A stretch of 64,000 nucleotides of DNA from an uncultured Candidatus Saccharibacteria bacterium (GCA_964357395.1 CAYHLC010000002.1:41033-105032); one strand, 5' to 3'. Numbered from the stretch's first letter, positions 18,924 through 29,733 are shown. Translations and numbers: made by a program. The notes: a model not told the origin generated them from the sequence alone.

Positions 18924-20102
18924 TTGCGTTACAATAGTAACGTGAGTACTGGAGCGACTCTTATTATTGATATCGATTCATCGAGCGTTGGCGCGTGTGT
19001 TTTGACTGAGATCAACCACGAGCCAGTCGTGAGTAATGTGAAGCGCGTGCCGGTGGGGACTGGCGCTGTGCGCGATGCTAACGCGCTCGTACCGCAGCTG
19101 AAGGAAGCGCTCGGAACACTCCTCGCAGACTACAAGAGCCTCAACCCAAAGAATGTGTTTGTGGTCACTGCCTCGCCGTGGTTCACGGCCTCCTTGCGCA
19201 CCCTTGCATCCAAGTCCGAAAAGCCGGTCAAAGTGAGCCAATCCACCGTAGCCCGAGTTGTTTCTGACTATCGGAAGACTGAGCACCCCGCAGGGCACGT
19301 CCTAGAGTCGCTGCCTATTAGTGTAACTGTGAATGGTTATCGAACCCGCGTTCTGAAGCCACTCCTCGGGAGCACGCTTGGGGTAACGCTATACGAATCC
19401 GCAATCGACGAGGGGTGTGCGCGCACGGTGACGGAAGCGATAGCCGGAGTAGCGCCGCACGCTCGGCTGGTATGGCACTCGACCCCAATAGTGTATGCAG
19501 AGATGGTGACGAGCCTCCTCGGGGCAGAGTACGTCACCGTCGTTGATGTGGGTGGCGAGCAGACCGACCTCATGATCATTTCGCGTGGCTCTATTGGATT
19601 TGTGGGGTCGCTGCCGGAGGGTGCGCGTTCTGTAGCACGCACCGTTGCGACCGCGCTTGCTGGCAAGGGCGAGGGCTCGCTTCCGGACGCGCTTAGTCGA
19701 CTTAATATGCTCGCCAGCAGCGAACTCGCCGAAGCAGATACACAGGCAACCGCAGCAGCACTGACGAATGCCGGTACCAGCTGGAGCAAAAACTTTATGG
19801 AGGTGTTGGTGGGAGTCAGTAATACCGTACCGGTGCCGCACCGCGTCGTAGCAATAGGGGAGGGCGACGATATGTCCTGGTTCTCCCGTGTGATTCGCGG
19901 AGCGGGCGACGCGCCCGCTGCAGCGATCCATGTAGGTGAGCCAGAGGTCGTGGGACCAGAGTTCTTCAAAGGTGGACTCTCATTTGGAGAGGGCGGTGCA
20001 TACGACGCATCCCTCGCGCTCTCGGCACTTTTTTTCCACACGAGGCACCGCACTACTGCTGCAGGTCCAGATTACCCACCCGTGCTATACTCGGTACATT
20101 AA
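18924..20102 (+). CDS. Actin-like ATPase of the FtsA/PilM family (divergent)
   Basis: LIIDIDSSSVGACVL (phosphate-1-like) and VVDVGGEQTDLMIISRG (phosphate-2-like), 392 aa, GTG start. Confidence 0.45.
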   Translation: MRYNSNVSTGATLIIDIDSSSVGACVLTEINHEPVVSNVKRVPVGTGAVRDANALVPQLKEALGTLLADYKSLNPKNVFVVTASPWFTASLRTLASKSEKPVKVSQSTVARVVSDYRKTEHPAGHVLESLPISVTVNGYRTRVLKPLLGSTLGVTLYESAIDEGCARTVTEAIAGVAPHARLVWHSTPIVYAEMVTSLLGAEYVTVVDVGGEQTDLMIISRGSIGFVGSLPEGARSVARTVATALAGKGEGSLPDALSRLNMLASSELAEADTQATAAALTNAGTSWSKNFMEVLVGVSNTVPVPHRVVAIGEGDDMSWFSRVIRGAGDAPAAAIHVGEPEVVGPEFFKGGLSFGEGGAYDASLALSALFFHTRHRTTAAGPDYPPVLYSVH

Positions 20103-20107
20103 TCATT

Positions 20108-21409
20108 ATGAATGAGAGGAGGTCAATACAAGATATAATCCCACCCGCACGCTCGAGGCCACAGCGCCACTCGGTACAACCGATGATGCCGCCTGGGGTT
20201 AGAGAGTCGGTACCGCCTCCTCAGCAACCACCAGAAAACCAAGATCCATTTCCTATGCCACAAGAACCAGCACGTAGTTATTGGCCGTTCATCCTTATCG
20301 CGCTTGGCGCGATACTGCTGATTGCAGTCGTTATTGGACTTATGAGCACGGTGTTCCATACCGCCGAGGCAACCGTTACGGTTGCAGAGTGGAAGTCTGA
20401 CATATCCGGCACCTATACCGCCGGCGGGACTGCCCCCATTACATACGAGCCCACATCAGTTGAGGAGCGTGCATCAAAGTCAGTGCCAGCGACCGGTACG
20501 ACAGAGGCCGAGGATCACGCCTCAGGCACCATAGTCGTGACCAACATGGGTACGGAGCAGCGCCTCATAACCAACACCCGTTTCGAGACCAAAGAGGGCC
20601 TTATCTACCGCATCCATACCCCAATAGTAGTTCCCGCAGCGGTGACGAAGGGTGGGACCAAAACCCCCGGCTCTATCGAGGCAATAGTCTATGCAGACCA
20701 GCCGGGCGATAAATACAACGTGACGAACGCCGACTTCACCATACCTGGCCTCAAGGGCGGAGCGCAGTTTGAGCTTATTACTGCTAAGTCCAAGGGGGCT
20801 ATGAGCGGAGGCTTTGTTGGCACGAGAGCCAAGGTAGAGAAGTCGACTGAGGACGCTGCCGTGTCCGAACTTAAGGCAGGCCTCGACCGCGCCCTGCGCG
20901 ACAAACTCCTTGCATCGCATGGCGAGGGGACAGTCGTCTTTGCAGACTCTATCGAGATCAACTACCGGACAGAGCCAGCAGCAGGCGCCGACAGCGGCAA
21001 CGCGACTATAACGGTTGTTGGGACTGCCAGGGCACCAGCCTTCAGCGCCGATGCATTATCAGTAGAACTTGCTGGCAAGGCGCAGATAGCTGCGGGTGGC
21101 AGACTGGTACTCAAGAACGCGAGCGAACTCTCGTATACCGCAGGACCCGGAGGCAATGTGGATGCGGCTGGGGCGCTCAGCTTCACTCTCTCTGGGGTTG
21201 CCCACCTTGCGTCAGAATTTGATCCCCTCAAACTATCATCAGACCTCTCGGGCAAGTCGGAGACCGAAGTTGAGTCCGTCCGCGTGAGCTACCCATCGCT
21301 CGTAGGGCCCATCAATCTCACCGTATACCCCTTCTGGATGTCGACCTTGCCAGACGAGCCAGAGCAGATAACGGTCATTGTCAAAGGAGCGCTTGACCAG
21401 AACCTCTAA
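20108..21409 (+). CDS. Bitopic membrane protein with a Pro-rich cytoplasmic N-terminus and a large extracytoplasmic domain
   Basis: PPGVRESVPPPQQPPENQDPFPMPQEP followed by one TM helix (FILIALGAILLIAVVIGL). No recognised domain. Confidence 0.45.
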   Translation: MNERRSIQDIIPPARSRPQRHSVQPMMPPGVRESVPPPQQPPENQDPFPMPQEPARSYWPFILIALGAILLIAVVIGLMSTVFHTAEATVTVAEWKSDISGTYTAGGTAPITYEPTSVEERASKSVPATGTTEAEDHASGTIVVTNMGTEQRLITNTRFETKEGLIYRIHTPIVVPAAVTKGGTKTPGSIEAIVYADQPGDKYNVTNADFTIPGLKGGAQFELITAKSKGAMSGGFVGTRAKVEKSTEDAAVSELKAGLDRALRDKLLASHGEGTVVFADSIEINYRTEPAAGADSGNATITVVGTARAPAFSADALSVELAGKAQIAAGGRLVLKNASELSYTAGPGGNVDAAGALSFTLSGVAHLASEFDPLKLSSDLSGKSETEVESVRVSYPSLVGPINLTVYPFWMSTLPDEPEQITVIVKGALDQNL

Positions 21410-21452
21410 TGTCTGTTACTATAGCCAGGCCCACACCGGAAGCTAGTACCGC

Positions 21453-21668
21453 ATGGGAAACATGAATGGCGCAGACGAAGTTATCGGGACCGTAACCGAA
21501 ACGCTTCCTAACGCCCTCTTTCGTGTCCAGCTCGAAGACGGCACTGAGGTCCTCGCTTACCTTGCGGGTAAGATGAGGCTCCATCGTATCCGTGTCCTTA
21601 TGGGAGATCGAGTGTCCTTGGTATTAGATCCGTATGGCGGAAGGGCCCGAGTGGTCCGCCGTCTGTAG
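21453..21668 (+). CDS. infA: Translation initiation factor IF-1
   Basis: S1-like fold [31 protein letters not shown]. Confidence 0.9.
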   Translation: MGNMNGADEVIGTVTETLPNALFRVQLEDGTEVLAYLAGKMRLHRIRVLMGDRVSLVLDPYGGRARVVRRL

Positions 21669-21683
21669 GCGTTTTGCAAAAAA

Positions 21684-21800
21684 TGAAAGTACGCGCATCA
21701 GTCAAAAAGCAGCAGGTTGGCGACATTCTTGTTCGTCGGCGTGGGCGTATATACCGGATTAACAAACGAAACCCACGCCGTAAGGCGCGCCAGGGATAAC
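21684..21800 (+). CDS. rpmJ: Ribosomal protein L36 (Cys-less variant)
   Basis: Manual translation [38 protein letters not shown] (38 aa). Not in the ORF track because it is shorter than 60 aa. Confidence 0.8.
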
Positions 21801-21810
21801 CTTTTTTCAT

Positions 21811-22191
21811 ATGCGTGTCGCAGGTGTAACATTGCCCGATCATAAACAAATTGCATTTGCGCTCACCGCACTTCATGGTGTTGGTCGTGCACGTGCATCG
21901 ACACTGCTTAGCGAGGCGAAGATCGACCCAGTCAAGAAAACTAAGGATGTAACCACCGACGAGGAGAACCGCCTCCGCGCACTCATCGAGCAATACACCA
22001 TCGAGGGCGATCTCCGCCGCGAGGTGTCGCAGAACGTCAAACGCCTTAAGGACATCAAGGCGTACCGCGGTATCCGCCACATGAAGGGCCTGCCAACCCG
22101 TGGCCAGCGCACCAAAGTCAACTCGCGTACCGTCCGCGGTAACGTTCGTAAGACCATGGGTAGCGGTCGCCGTAAGTTGGAAAAGACCTAA
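21811..22191 (+). CDS. rpsM: Ribosomal protein S13
   Basis: MRVAGVTLPDHKQIAFALTALHGVG, 126 aa. Confidence 0.95.
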   Translation: MRVAGVTLPDHKQIAFALTALHGVGRARASTLLSEAKIDPVKKTKDVTTDEENRLRALIEQYTIEGDLRREVSQNVKRLKDIKAYRGIRHMKGLPTRGQRTKVNSRTVRGNVRKTMGSGRRKLEKT

Positions 22192-22200
22192 ACATACTAT

Positions 22201-22635
22201 ATGGGAAAAAAACGAGTAAACAGGATGCAATGGTCAGGAGTCGACTCCGGAAAGCGCGATCGCGCGCTCTCGAAGATCGCCAAGCGAAAGATCGACAAGG
22301 CCATCCTCTATATCGAGTCCACCTTCAATAACACCAAGCTCACCCTTACCGATGAGAGCGGCGCTACTGTTATGTGGTCTTCGGCAGGTGCACTCGGCTT
22401 TACGGGTAACCGCAAGGCGACTCCGTTTGCAGCAGCAAAGGTGGGCGAGGTGATCGGCGAGAAGGCCGCTACCGTTGGTGTTAAGGAGGCAGATGTCTTT
22501 ATCAAGGGGGTCGGCTCGGGTCGCGAGTCAGCACTGCGATCTTTTGCAGGGAAGGGTATCGCAATCCTCTCCATCCACGATGTTACTCCAGTGCCACATA
22601 ATGGCCCACGTCCACCTAAGCCTCGTCGCGTATAA
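22201..22635 (+). CDS. rpsK: Ribosomal protein S11
   Basis: ESTFNNTKLTLTDESG...GFTGNRKATPFAA. Confidence 0.95.
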   Translation: MGKKRVNRMQWSGVDSGKRDRALSKIAKRKIDKAILYIESTFNNTKLTLTDESGATVMWSSAGALGFTGNRKATPFAAAKVGEVIGEKAATVGVKEADVFIKGVGSGRESALRSFAGKGIAILSIHDVTPVPHNGPRPPKPRRV

Positions 22636-22641
22636 AAAAGT

Positions 22642-23244
22642 ATGATAATCGGACCAAAGTACAAGATCTGTAAGCGCCTCGGTGGAAGCGTGTTTGAGAA
22701 GTGCCAGACCAAGGCCTTTGCAAATGCTGCGATGCGTGTGCCTGACAAGAAGGGCAAGCGTGCCGGATCCGACTTCAACCGCCAGCTGTTGGAGAAGCAG
22801 AAGCTACGCCTCATCTACTCCTTGACGGAGCGCCAGTTTTCTTCCTACGTGCACGCGGCACTAAAGAGCGGTGGGAACCCATCTCAGCACCTCTTTGCCT
22901 CACTCGAGACTCGTCTCGACTCGGTCGCGTATCGCATGGGGCTCGTCTCTACTCGCCGCGCAGCACGCCAACTGGCAGCGCACGGACACCTCACCGTCAA
23001 CGGCAAGCGTGTAACTATTCCGTCATACCGCGTGTCCGTCGGCGACAAGATCGAGGTACGAGACGGATCGAAGGGCAGCGCATTGTTCGAGAACTTGGTT
23101 GATAAGAGCCGCGACTACAACCCACCAAATTGGGTAACGATTGATCCCCAGGCAAAGGCAGGTACCCTCTCTGCTGCGCCTACGTGGGGTGCGGCAGACT
23201 CTATGGTTGATTTTGGCGCGGTGTTCGAATACTACACCCGTTAA
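22642..23244 (+). CDS. rpsD: Ribosomal protein S4
   Basis: GPKYKICKRLG and the S4 domain LDSVAYRMG..RQL..HGH..VNG. Confidence 0.95.
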   Translation: MIIGPKYKICKRLGGSVFEKCQTKAFANAAMRVPDKKGKRAGSDFNRQLLEKQKLRLIYSLTERQFSSYVHAALKSGGNPSQHLFASLETRLDSVAYRMGLVSTRRAARQLAAHGHLTVNGKRVTIPSYRVSVGDKIEVRDGSKGSALFENLVDKSRDYNPPNWVTIDPQAKAGTLSAAPTWGAADSMVDFGAVFEYYTR

Positions 23245-23275
23245 AAATATTAATAATAGTAAATACGATTGCGTT

Positions 23276-24226
23276 ATGGACTACTCAATTATGTTACCAA
23301 GTAAGCCCCGCATAATCTCCGAGGAGGGGAATAGCGGTGTGTACGAAATTGATGGCTTTTATCCTGGATACGGCCACACACTAGGCAACTCACTGCGCCG
23401 TATCATCCTCTCCTCGATTCCGGGAGCGGCTATCACCAGCGTCAAGATCGATGGTGTGTCGCACGAGTTCTCGACTATCAGTGGAGTGAAGGAGGATGTC
23501 ATTGCGATCATTCTGAACCTCAAGAAGGTGCGTATCCGAATTTCTGACAACACCGCACACAACCTCACGCTCTCGGTGAAGGGGGTGAAGACCGTGACCG
23601 CAGGCGACCTTATTGCGCCTGGCCAAGTAGAGATACTAAACCCGGACGCGCACATTGCAGAGTTAACCGACAAGAATGCGAAATTGGAGATCGAGCTCAC
23701 CGTAGACATGGGCCTCGGCTATGTACCAAAGGAGGTACTACAGCGCGAGCGGGCAGAGATCGGTGCTATCGTCCTTGATGCCACCTTTACCCCTATCCGC
23801 CGCGCCCACTACGAGGTAGAGAACATGCGCGTGGGAGACAAGACCAACTTCAACCGCGTACGACTTACTATCGAGACAGATGGTACGCTCACCCCGCGCG
23901 AGGCACTCGAGCGCTCTATCGCTATCATGATCCAGCAGCTGAAGGCGATCGTCGGCTTTAAGGAAGACGAGCCAGCGCTCGCCTCTGACAACGGTCCAAC
24001 TGCGGAGGAGGCATCGGAAGATGCTATGAAGACCCGCGTCGAGGATTTGGAGCTCTCGACTCGTACCGCAAACGCGTTGACTGGTGCGTCTATCCGTACC
24101 GTTGGAGGCTTGGTCCGCAAGACCGAGGCAGACATCCTCGGCATCGAGGGTGTCGGCGAGAAGGCGGTGGACGAGATCAAGGACTCTCTGAAGCGCTACG
24201 GACTCGGCCTACGAAAGGAAGATTAG
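23276..24226 (+). CDS. rpoA: DNA-directed RNA polymerase alpha subunit
   Basis: GYGHTLGNSLRRIILSSIPG in the N-terminal domain, and LELSTRTANAL in the C-terminal domain. Start ATG at 23276; the track ORF from 23141 overlaps rpsD. Confidence 0.95.
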   Translation: MDYSIMLPSKPRIISEEGNSGVYEIDGFYPGYGHTLGNSLRRIILSSIPGAAITSVKIDGVSHEFSTISGVKEDVIAIILNLKKVRIRISDNTAHNLTLSVKGVKTVTAGDLIAPGQVEILNPDAHIAELTDKNAKLEIELTVDMGLGYVPKEVLQRERAEIGAIVLDATFTPIRRAHYEVENMRVGDKTNFNRVRLTIETDGTLTPREALERSIAIMIQQLKAIVGFKEDEPALASDNGPTAEEASEDAMKTRVEDLELSTRTANALTGASIRTVGGLVRKTEADILGIEGVGEKAVDEIKDSLKRYGLGLRKED

Positions 24227-24227
24227 T

Positions 24228-24581
24228 ATGCGACACCACAATACCGTACGAAAGTTTGGCATGAAGGCGGGGCCACGCAAGGCCTTGCTCTCGTCCCTTG
24301 CAGAATCGCTGATCCTGAAGGAAAAGATATTGACTACCGAGGCACGCGCCAAGGAACTGAAGAAGGTGGTGGAGCCCCTGATTACTGCAGGAAAGACAGG
24401 CACCTTGGCCGCGCGACGCAACATCATCAGCAAGCTACAGGGCCGCGAGCGCGTCGCCAAGAAGGTGATGGACACTCTCGCACCTCGCTACAAGGACAGG
24501 AAGGGTGGGTACACCCGGATCACCAAGGTCTTTCAGAAGTCCTCGGACGCTCGAAAGAAGGCGCTTATCGAATTTGTATAG
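24228..24581 (+). CDS. rplQ: Ribosomal protein L17
   Basis: MRHHNTVRKFGMKAGPRKALL. Confidence 0.95.
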   Translation: MRHHNTVRKFGMKAGPRKALLSSLAESLILKEKILTTEARAKELKKVVEPLITAGKTGTLAARRNIISKLQGRERVAKKVMDTLAPRYKDRKGGYTRITKVFQKSSDARKKALIEFV

Positions 24582-24584
24582 CAT

Positions 24585-24941
24585 ATGACTGACGTAAAAA
24601 CATACACCATAGATGCGAAGGGGAAGAGGCTCGGGCGCGTTGCCTCAGAGGCAGCGACCTACCTCATGGGCAAGAACCGCGCCGACTTTGTCCGCCACAA
24701 GAGCCCGTCTGTCCGTGTCGTTATTACGAACGCCGGCAAGTTGGTCCTCACAGAGAGCAAGAAGGCAGACACTAAGTACATGAAGTACTCTGGCTACCAG
24801 GGTGGCCTCAAGATCCAGGACATGACAGAGCTTTCAGCAAAGCATGGCTACAAGGAGGTTATGAAGCGTGCAATAAAGGGTATGATCCCAAACAACAAGC
24901 TCCGACCCGATATGCTTAAGAGACTAGCTATCACCGATTAG
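24585..24941 (+). CDS. rplM: Ribosomal protein L13
   Basis: KTYTIDAKGKRLGRVASEAA..LMGK. Confidence 0.95.
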   Translation: MTDVKTYTIDAKGKRLGRVASEAATYLMGKNRADFVRHKSPSVRVVITNAGKLVLTESKKADTKYMKYSGYQGGLKIQDMTELSAKHGYKEVMKRAIKGMIPNNKLRPDMLKRLAITD

Positions 24942-24942
24942 T

Positions 24943-25329
24943 ATGACTAAATACATCGAAACAGTTGGCCGCCGCAAGACCTCGTCCGCACGCGTACGCA
25001 TTACGCCTGCGAAGAGCCAGTCAGTCATAGTCAACGGCAAGTCGCTCGAAGACTACTTCTCCGTCCTCGAGCTGCAGCACGTCGTCCGATCGCCACTCAC
25101 CATGAGCGAGGAAAAGTTTGCTGTCACCGCTGTTGTAAACGGAGGTGGTATTGCTGGGCAAGCTGCTGCTATCCGCCACGGTATAGCCCGCGCGCTCGTG
25201 GAGCATGACAAGGCCAAGCGAATTGATCTTAAGAAGGCCGGCTTCCTCAAACGCGATCCGCGCGCCAAGGAACGCCGCAAGCCAGGCTTGAAGAAGGCCC
25301 GCAAGAGCCCACAGTGGTCGAAGCGCTAG
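24943..25329 (+). CDS. rpsI: Ribosomal protein S9
   Basis: GGGIAGQAAAIRHGIARAL ... RDPRAKERRKPGLKKARKSPQWSKR. Confidence 0.95.
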   Translation: MTKYIETVGRRKTSSARVRITPAKSQSVIVNGKSLEDYFSVLELQHVVRSPLTMSEEKFAVTAVVNGGGIAGQAAAIRHGIARALVEHDKAKRIDLKKAGFLKRDPRAKERRKPGLKKARKSPQWSKR

Positions 25330-25525
25330 TTCATGGCAAAGTACGACGGAGCGATCGAAGAATTGCGATTTCAAAAGGGAGTGCTGGAAGAAGACGCGCG
25401 AGGCTCAAATGCTCCTGTAGAGAAGCGCTTGGAGTATTTGCGTGCTGCAGCAAGCTGCTTAGTAGCGATAGTTGCACTTCTTGCCCTCCAACAGGCAGCA
25501 AGTTGAACATACACTCTGAGCAAAA

Positions 25526-25552
25526 GCCCTGCGAAAGCGGGGTTTTACTTTT
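25526..25552 (+). terminator. Rho-independent terminator (GCCCTGC-GAAA-GCGGGGT followed by TTTTACTTTT) ending the ribosomal-protein block
   Basis: Direct read of a stem with a GAAA tetraloop plus a U run. Confidence 0.55.
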
Positions 25553-25577
25553 GCAGCTCTAGGCATAGGATGTACAG

Positions 25578-25811
25578 ATGGCAGAGGCACCACAGTGGGC
25601 GAATGATGCAGCAGCAGTACTGGCGCTCGCCGGCACGCTTGGGGTTATAGACGCTGGCTACGCGCTCATTAATGATGTTCAGAGCACCTATGAACTGGCC
25701 TTCGGTCTTGCGCCTGGCAGGCTGTCTATTGCAGAAGGCCTAGTAGGGCTCGCGATGCTCTGTGGGGCCTTCTGGTTCGTCCTCAAGTACGAAGACAAAC
25801 CACGACAGTAG
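25578..25811 (+). CDS. Small membrane protein
   Basis: 77-aa ORF with two hydrophobic helices. Confidence 0.3.
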   Translation: MAEAPQWANDAAAVLALAGTLGVIDAGYALINDVQSTYELAFGLAPGRLSIAEGLVGLAMLCGAFWFVLKYEDKPRQ

Positions 25812-25830
25812 CTAGTCGTTTCCTCAAAAC

Positions 25831-25862
25831 CATATCATATATGATGCATCATATATGATATG
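25831..25862. promoter_or_regulatory. Perfect 32-bp palindrome CATATCATATATGATGCATCATATATGATATG (two tandem 14-bp palindromes CATCATATATGATG), an operator-like site upstream of the small-ORF/grpE-dnaK-dnaJ region
   Basis: Direct read. Followed by a TTGACT-17-TATCTT promoter candidate at 25892-25920. No CIRCE sequence is present. Confidence 0.55.
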
Positions 25863-26288
25863 AATTTGGTCAGCGTTCGGTTTGTAACGCTTTGACTTTG
25901 GACTAAAGTAGGCGTATCTTGCAAACAATGGCAAATCTAGATCGAGGAGTCGTAGAGGGTCTGTCGCGTGGCGCTGAGGAGGCAGCCGCTCGCCATGAAA
26001 CTGCATCAGGCCTTATGAAGTGGGTATACAGATCATCCGCTGTTGGACTCAGCCTCACACTCTTTTGCGCGATCTTCGCAGCGGCAAACGGATAGTGTAG
26101 TATGCCGGCATGCAAGAAGGTGCAATACAGGAGTCAGTGCCGAGCGAGGGTGACGAGGAGCTGAGGAAGTGCTCAACCTGCGGCAAGGATACCTGGCAGG
26201 TGTATGTGCAAGGTAAATGGGTTTGCTTCCAGAGAGCCTAGCCCAAACATTGGCGGATAGGCAGAATAGTTTTATACTGACAGATACT

Positions 26289-26792
26289 ATGACAGACGAT
26301 GTTGATGATGTTGTATTAGAGGACGATGATGGCGGGGGGCATACGGGGACCCCAGAGCAGAAGCTGAAGACCTTGCGAGATAAGTTGCGAAAGGCCGAGC
26401 ATGAGGCGGGGGAGAACCTTGCTGGGTGGCAACGCGCCAAGGCAGACTATGTCAACTTACAGAAGCGTCTCCGCGAGACCGAGAGCGCGGTAGGGCAGGC
26501 CGGCGCAGCGGCAGCACTGCGCGAGTTAGTACCACTCTTCGACTCACTAGAGGCAGGCGGGCAAGAGGTGCTTCTGAAGCAGCTCGACACGACGTTATTG
26601 AGACTCGGAGCCACACGCTACCGGCCTGAAAGCGGAGAGGTATTCGATCCTGTTCGTGAGGAGGCGATGTCGGTAGTTGCGCCGGAAGCGAAAGAGGAGG
26701 ATAATACTATTCACTCCGTCCTGCAATCTGGGTATAGCATCGGAACACTCATTATTAGGCCAGCTCGCGTAACCGTATATCATCAGTCATAA
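26289..26792 (+). CDS. grpE: Nucleotide exchange factor GrpE
   Basis: Coiled-coil region, then GrpE C-terminal region [12 protein letters not shown]...[34 protein letters not shown]. Start is uncertain: ATG at 26289 chosen (acidic N-terminus); the track ORF starts at 26217 but overlaps an upstream small ORF. Confidence 0.8.
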   Translation: MTDDVDDVVLEDDDGGGHTGTPEQKLKTLRDKLRKAEHEAGENLAGWQRAKADYVNLQKRLRETESAVGQAGAAAALRELVPLFDSLEAGGQEVLLKQLDTTLLRLGATRYRPESGEVFDPVREEAMSVVAPEAKEEDNTIHSVLQSGYSIGTLIIRPARVTVYHQS

Positions 26793-26797
26793 ATCCT

Positions 26798-28642
26798 ATG
26801 GGAAAAATTTTGGGAATCGACCTTGGAACTACTAACTCAGCCGCCGCAATAATTGAGGGTGGTGAGCCGCGCATCATCGAGAACTCGGAGGGCAACCGTA
26901 CGACCCCATCGGTCGTCGCGATCTCCAAGACCGGAGAGCGCCTTGTCGGCCTTGTTGCCAAGCGCCAGGCAGTCACGAACCCAACGAACACGGTGTACGG
27001 CATCAAGCGCTTCATGGGCCACAAGTTCTCTGACCCTGCAGTCCAGAAGGACAAGGGGATAGTCCCCTACATCATTAGCGCTGCGAGTAACAGTGGCGTG
27101 CAGGTTAAGCTGGGTGATAAGGAGTACAGCCCCGAGGAGATCTCCGCCATGATCTTGCAAAAGCTGAAGGGCGACGCGGAGGCCAAGCTCGGCGAGCCGA
27201 TAACGGAGGCCATCATTACCGTTCCGGCATACTTCGATGACGCGCAGCGTCAGGCGACCAAGGACGCAGGCAAGATCGCTGGCCTCGACGTAAAGCGTAT
27301 TATCAACGAGCCAACGGCAGCAGCGCTCGCATACGGATTTAACAAGCGGAAGAACGAGCAGATAGTAGTCTATGACTTTGGAGGAGGGACCTTCGACATC
27401 TCCGTACTCGAGGTTGGGGATGATGTGATCGAGGTCAAGGCGACTGGGGGCGATAGCCACATGGGCGGCAGAGACATCGACCAAAAGATCGTCCGCTGGG
27501 TTGCTAACGAGTTTAAGAAGGAGAGCGGACTTGATGTCACTAACGACCCACTCGCCCTGCAGCGCCTCGACGAGGCCGCAGAGAAAGCGAAGCACGAGCT
27601 CTCGACCACAATGGAGACGGAGATCAACATCCCGTTCATCACCTCTGACTCGTCTGGCCCGCGGCATCTCCTCCTGAAGCTCACACGCGCAACGCTCGAG
27701 GAGCTCTCGCGCGAGTATATCGATCGATCTATTGACATCACCAAGCAGGTCTTGGAGTCAGCCAAGATGCAGTCATCCGCTATCGAGGAGATAGTGATGG
27801 TTGGCGGCCAGACTCGCATGCCTGCTATCCAGGAAGCTGTTAAGAAGCTCTTCAACAAGGAGCCAAACCGTAGCATCAACCCGGACGAGGTAGTAGCAGC
27901 CGGCGCCGCTATCCAGGCAGGCATCTTGCAGGGCGACGTCAAAGACGTCTTACTCCTCGACGTCATCCCGCTCTCACTCGGTATCGAGACTATGGGTGGG
28001 GTTGCAACCAAGCTTATCGAGCGGAACACTACTATTCCGACATCCAAGTCTCAAGTCTTCTCTACCGCATCCGATAGTCAGACATCTGTAGAGATCCATA
28101 TCGTCCAAGGCGAGCGTGCAATGGCGAATGACAACAAGTCCCTTGGCCGCTTCCACCTCGACGGAATACCGCCAGCACCAAGAGGCATGCCACAGGTCGA
28201 GGTGTCGTTCGATGTCGACGCTAACGGAATCCTGAAGGTGACCGCCAAGGACAAGTCGACGAACAAAGAACAGACCATACGTATCGAGAGCCGCGGGGGC
28301 CTGAGTGATGCAGATATTGAGAAGATGAAGAGCGACGCGGCCGCACACGCCGACCAGGACCAAAAGGCAAAGGAGCTTATAGAGACCAGGAACATCGCAG
28401 ACTCCATGATCTATACCGCGGAAAAGTCGCTTTTGGATCATAAGGACAAGATCGCAGAGGATGTACGCACATCGGTGCAGGCTGCAATCGATGAGGTGAA
28501 GAGGGTGAAGGATAGTGGAGACACTGGAGGGATTAAGGAAGCAACGCAGCGCCTCTCAGCGGAGATGCAGAAGATAGGTCAAGCAATGCAGGGCCAACAG
28601 ACACCGCCGCAGGAAGGACAGCAAGACGCACCTCCTAATTAA
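26798..28642 (+). CDS. dnaK: Chaperone DnaK (Hsp70)
   Basis: [18 protein letters not shown] and the full Hsp70 architecture (614 aa). Confidence 0.97.
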   Translation: MGKILGIDLGTTNSAAAIIEGGEPRIIENSEGNRTTPSVVAISKTGERLVGLVAKRQAVTNPTNTVYGIKRFMGHKFSDPAVQKDKGIVPYIISAASNSGVQVKLGDKEYSPEEISAMILQKLKGDAEAKLGEPITEAIITVPAYFDDAQRQATKDAGKIAGLDVKRIINEPTAAALAYGFNKRKNEQIVVYDFGGGTFDISVLEVGDDVIEVKATGGDSHMGGRDIDQKIVRWVANEFKKESGLDVTNDPLALQRLDEAAEKAKHELSTTMETEINIPFITSDSSGPRHLLLKLTRATLEELSREYIDRSIDITKQVLESAKMQSSAIEEIVMVGGQTRMPAIQEAVKKLFNKEPNRSINPDEVVAAGAAIQAGILQGDVKDVLLLDVIPLSLGIETMGGVATKLIERNTTIPTSKSQVFSTASDSQTSVEIHIVQGERAMANDNKSLGRFHLDGIPPAPRGMPQVEVSFDVDANGILKVTAKDKSTNKEQTIRIESRGGLSDADIEKMKSDAAAHADQDQKAKELIETRNIADSMIYTAEKSLLDHKDKIAEDVRTSVQAAIDEVKRVKDSGDTGGIKEATQRLSAEMQKIGQAMQGQQTPPQEGQQDAPPN

Positions 28643-29733
28643 TGGCTACCGACTACTATTCGATTCTGGGCGTTGACAAGAAAGCGTCGAAAGACGATAT
28701 CAAAAAGGCGTTTCGCAAGCTCGCGCACAAGTATCACCCCGACAAGTCGGGCGGCGACGAAAAGAAGTTTAAGGAAGCGAGCGAGGCGTACGCAGTCCTC
28801 TCGGATGACAAGAAGCGCGCTGAGTACGACTCGTACGGACGCGTCTTCGGCTCCGGTGGTGGAGGGGCGGGCGGCAATCCGTTTGATGGATTCGACTTCT
28901 CACAGTTTGGTGGCTTCGGCAACGGTCAAGGTGGCGGGTTCGAGGTCAACTTGGACGACTTGTTTGGTGGCTTCTCTGACATATTTGGTAGTGGAGGCAA
29001 GCGCAGCGGCCGGAGGGGTAGAGACATATCGATAGATATCGAGCTCTCGTTCAAGGAGTCTGTGTTCGGTGTCGAGCGCCATGTCCTCCTCACCAAGGAC
29101 AGTAGCTGCAGCCGCTGCTCGGGGAATGGTGCCGAGCCGGGTTCGAAGACCAAGACCTGTCCAACCTGTAACGGCAAGGGACAGATAGTCGAGAGCCAGC
29201 GCTCTCCGTTTGGGACCTTCTCGGTTGCAAAGACTTGCACCACTTGCCACGGCAAGAAGACGGTACCCGAAACTGTGTGTACCAAGTGTCGTGGTGCTGG
29301 TGTCGAGCGGAAGGAGGAGGAGATCGTGATAGCAGTGCCACCAGGAATAGATAACGGGCAGGTGATCCGCATGACCGAGATGGGTGAGGCTATTAGTGGC
29401 GGGAAGTCGGGGGACCTCTATATCAAGGTGCATGTTTCTGCGGACTCCAAGTTCCGCAAAGAGGGCTTCAACATCGTTACCGATCTATCTATCAAAGTCA
29501 CTGATGCATTGATGGGGGCGGACTATACACTCGATACGCTAGACGGACCGGTCACTGTGACTGTGCCGCCGCTCCGCGCCACAGACGAGATCTTGCGCGT
29601 CAAGGGCAAGGGCGTGCCGATGGATGGCGGGAAGCGTGGCGACCTCCTCATCCGCGTCAAGCTCGAGTTCCCACACAAACTCTCGCGCGATGCACAGGAA
29701 CTCCTGAGGCAGCTGAAGCAGGAAGGCATATGA
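28642..29733 (+). CDS. dnaJ: Chaperone DnaJ
   Basis: J-domain with HPD (KYHPDK), a G/F-rich region, and a CxxCxGxG zinc finger x4. Confidence 0.95.
   Translation: MATDYYSILGVDKKASKDDIKKAFRKLAHKYHPDKSGGDEKKFKEASEAYAVLSDDKKRAEYDSYGRVFGSGGGGAGGNPFDGFDFSQFGGFGNGQGGGFEVNLDDLFGGFSDIFGSGGKRSGRRGRDISIDIELSFKESVFGVERHVLLTKDSSCSRCSGNGAEPGSKTKTCPTCNGKGQIVESQRSPFGTFSVAKTCTTCHGKKTVPETVCTKCRGAGVERKEEEIVIAVPPGIDNGQVIRMTEMGEAISGGKSGDLYIKVHVSADSKFRKEGFNIVTDLSIKVTDALMGADYTLDTLDGPVTVTVPPLRATDEILRVKGKGVPMDGGKRGDLLIRVKLEFPHKLSRDAQELLRQLKQEGI

Noticed and set aside
25800-26290. CIRCE or HAIR heat-shock operators upstream of grpE-dnaK-dnaJ.
   Set aside because: No TTAGCACTC-N9-GAGTGCTAA or CTTGAGT-N7-ACTCAAG sequence is present; only the novel tandem palindrome was found.
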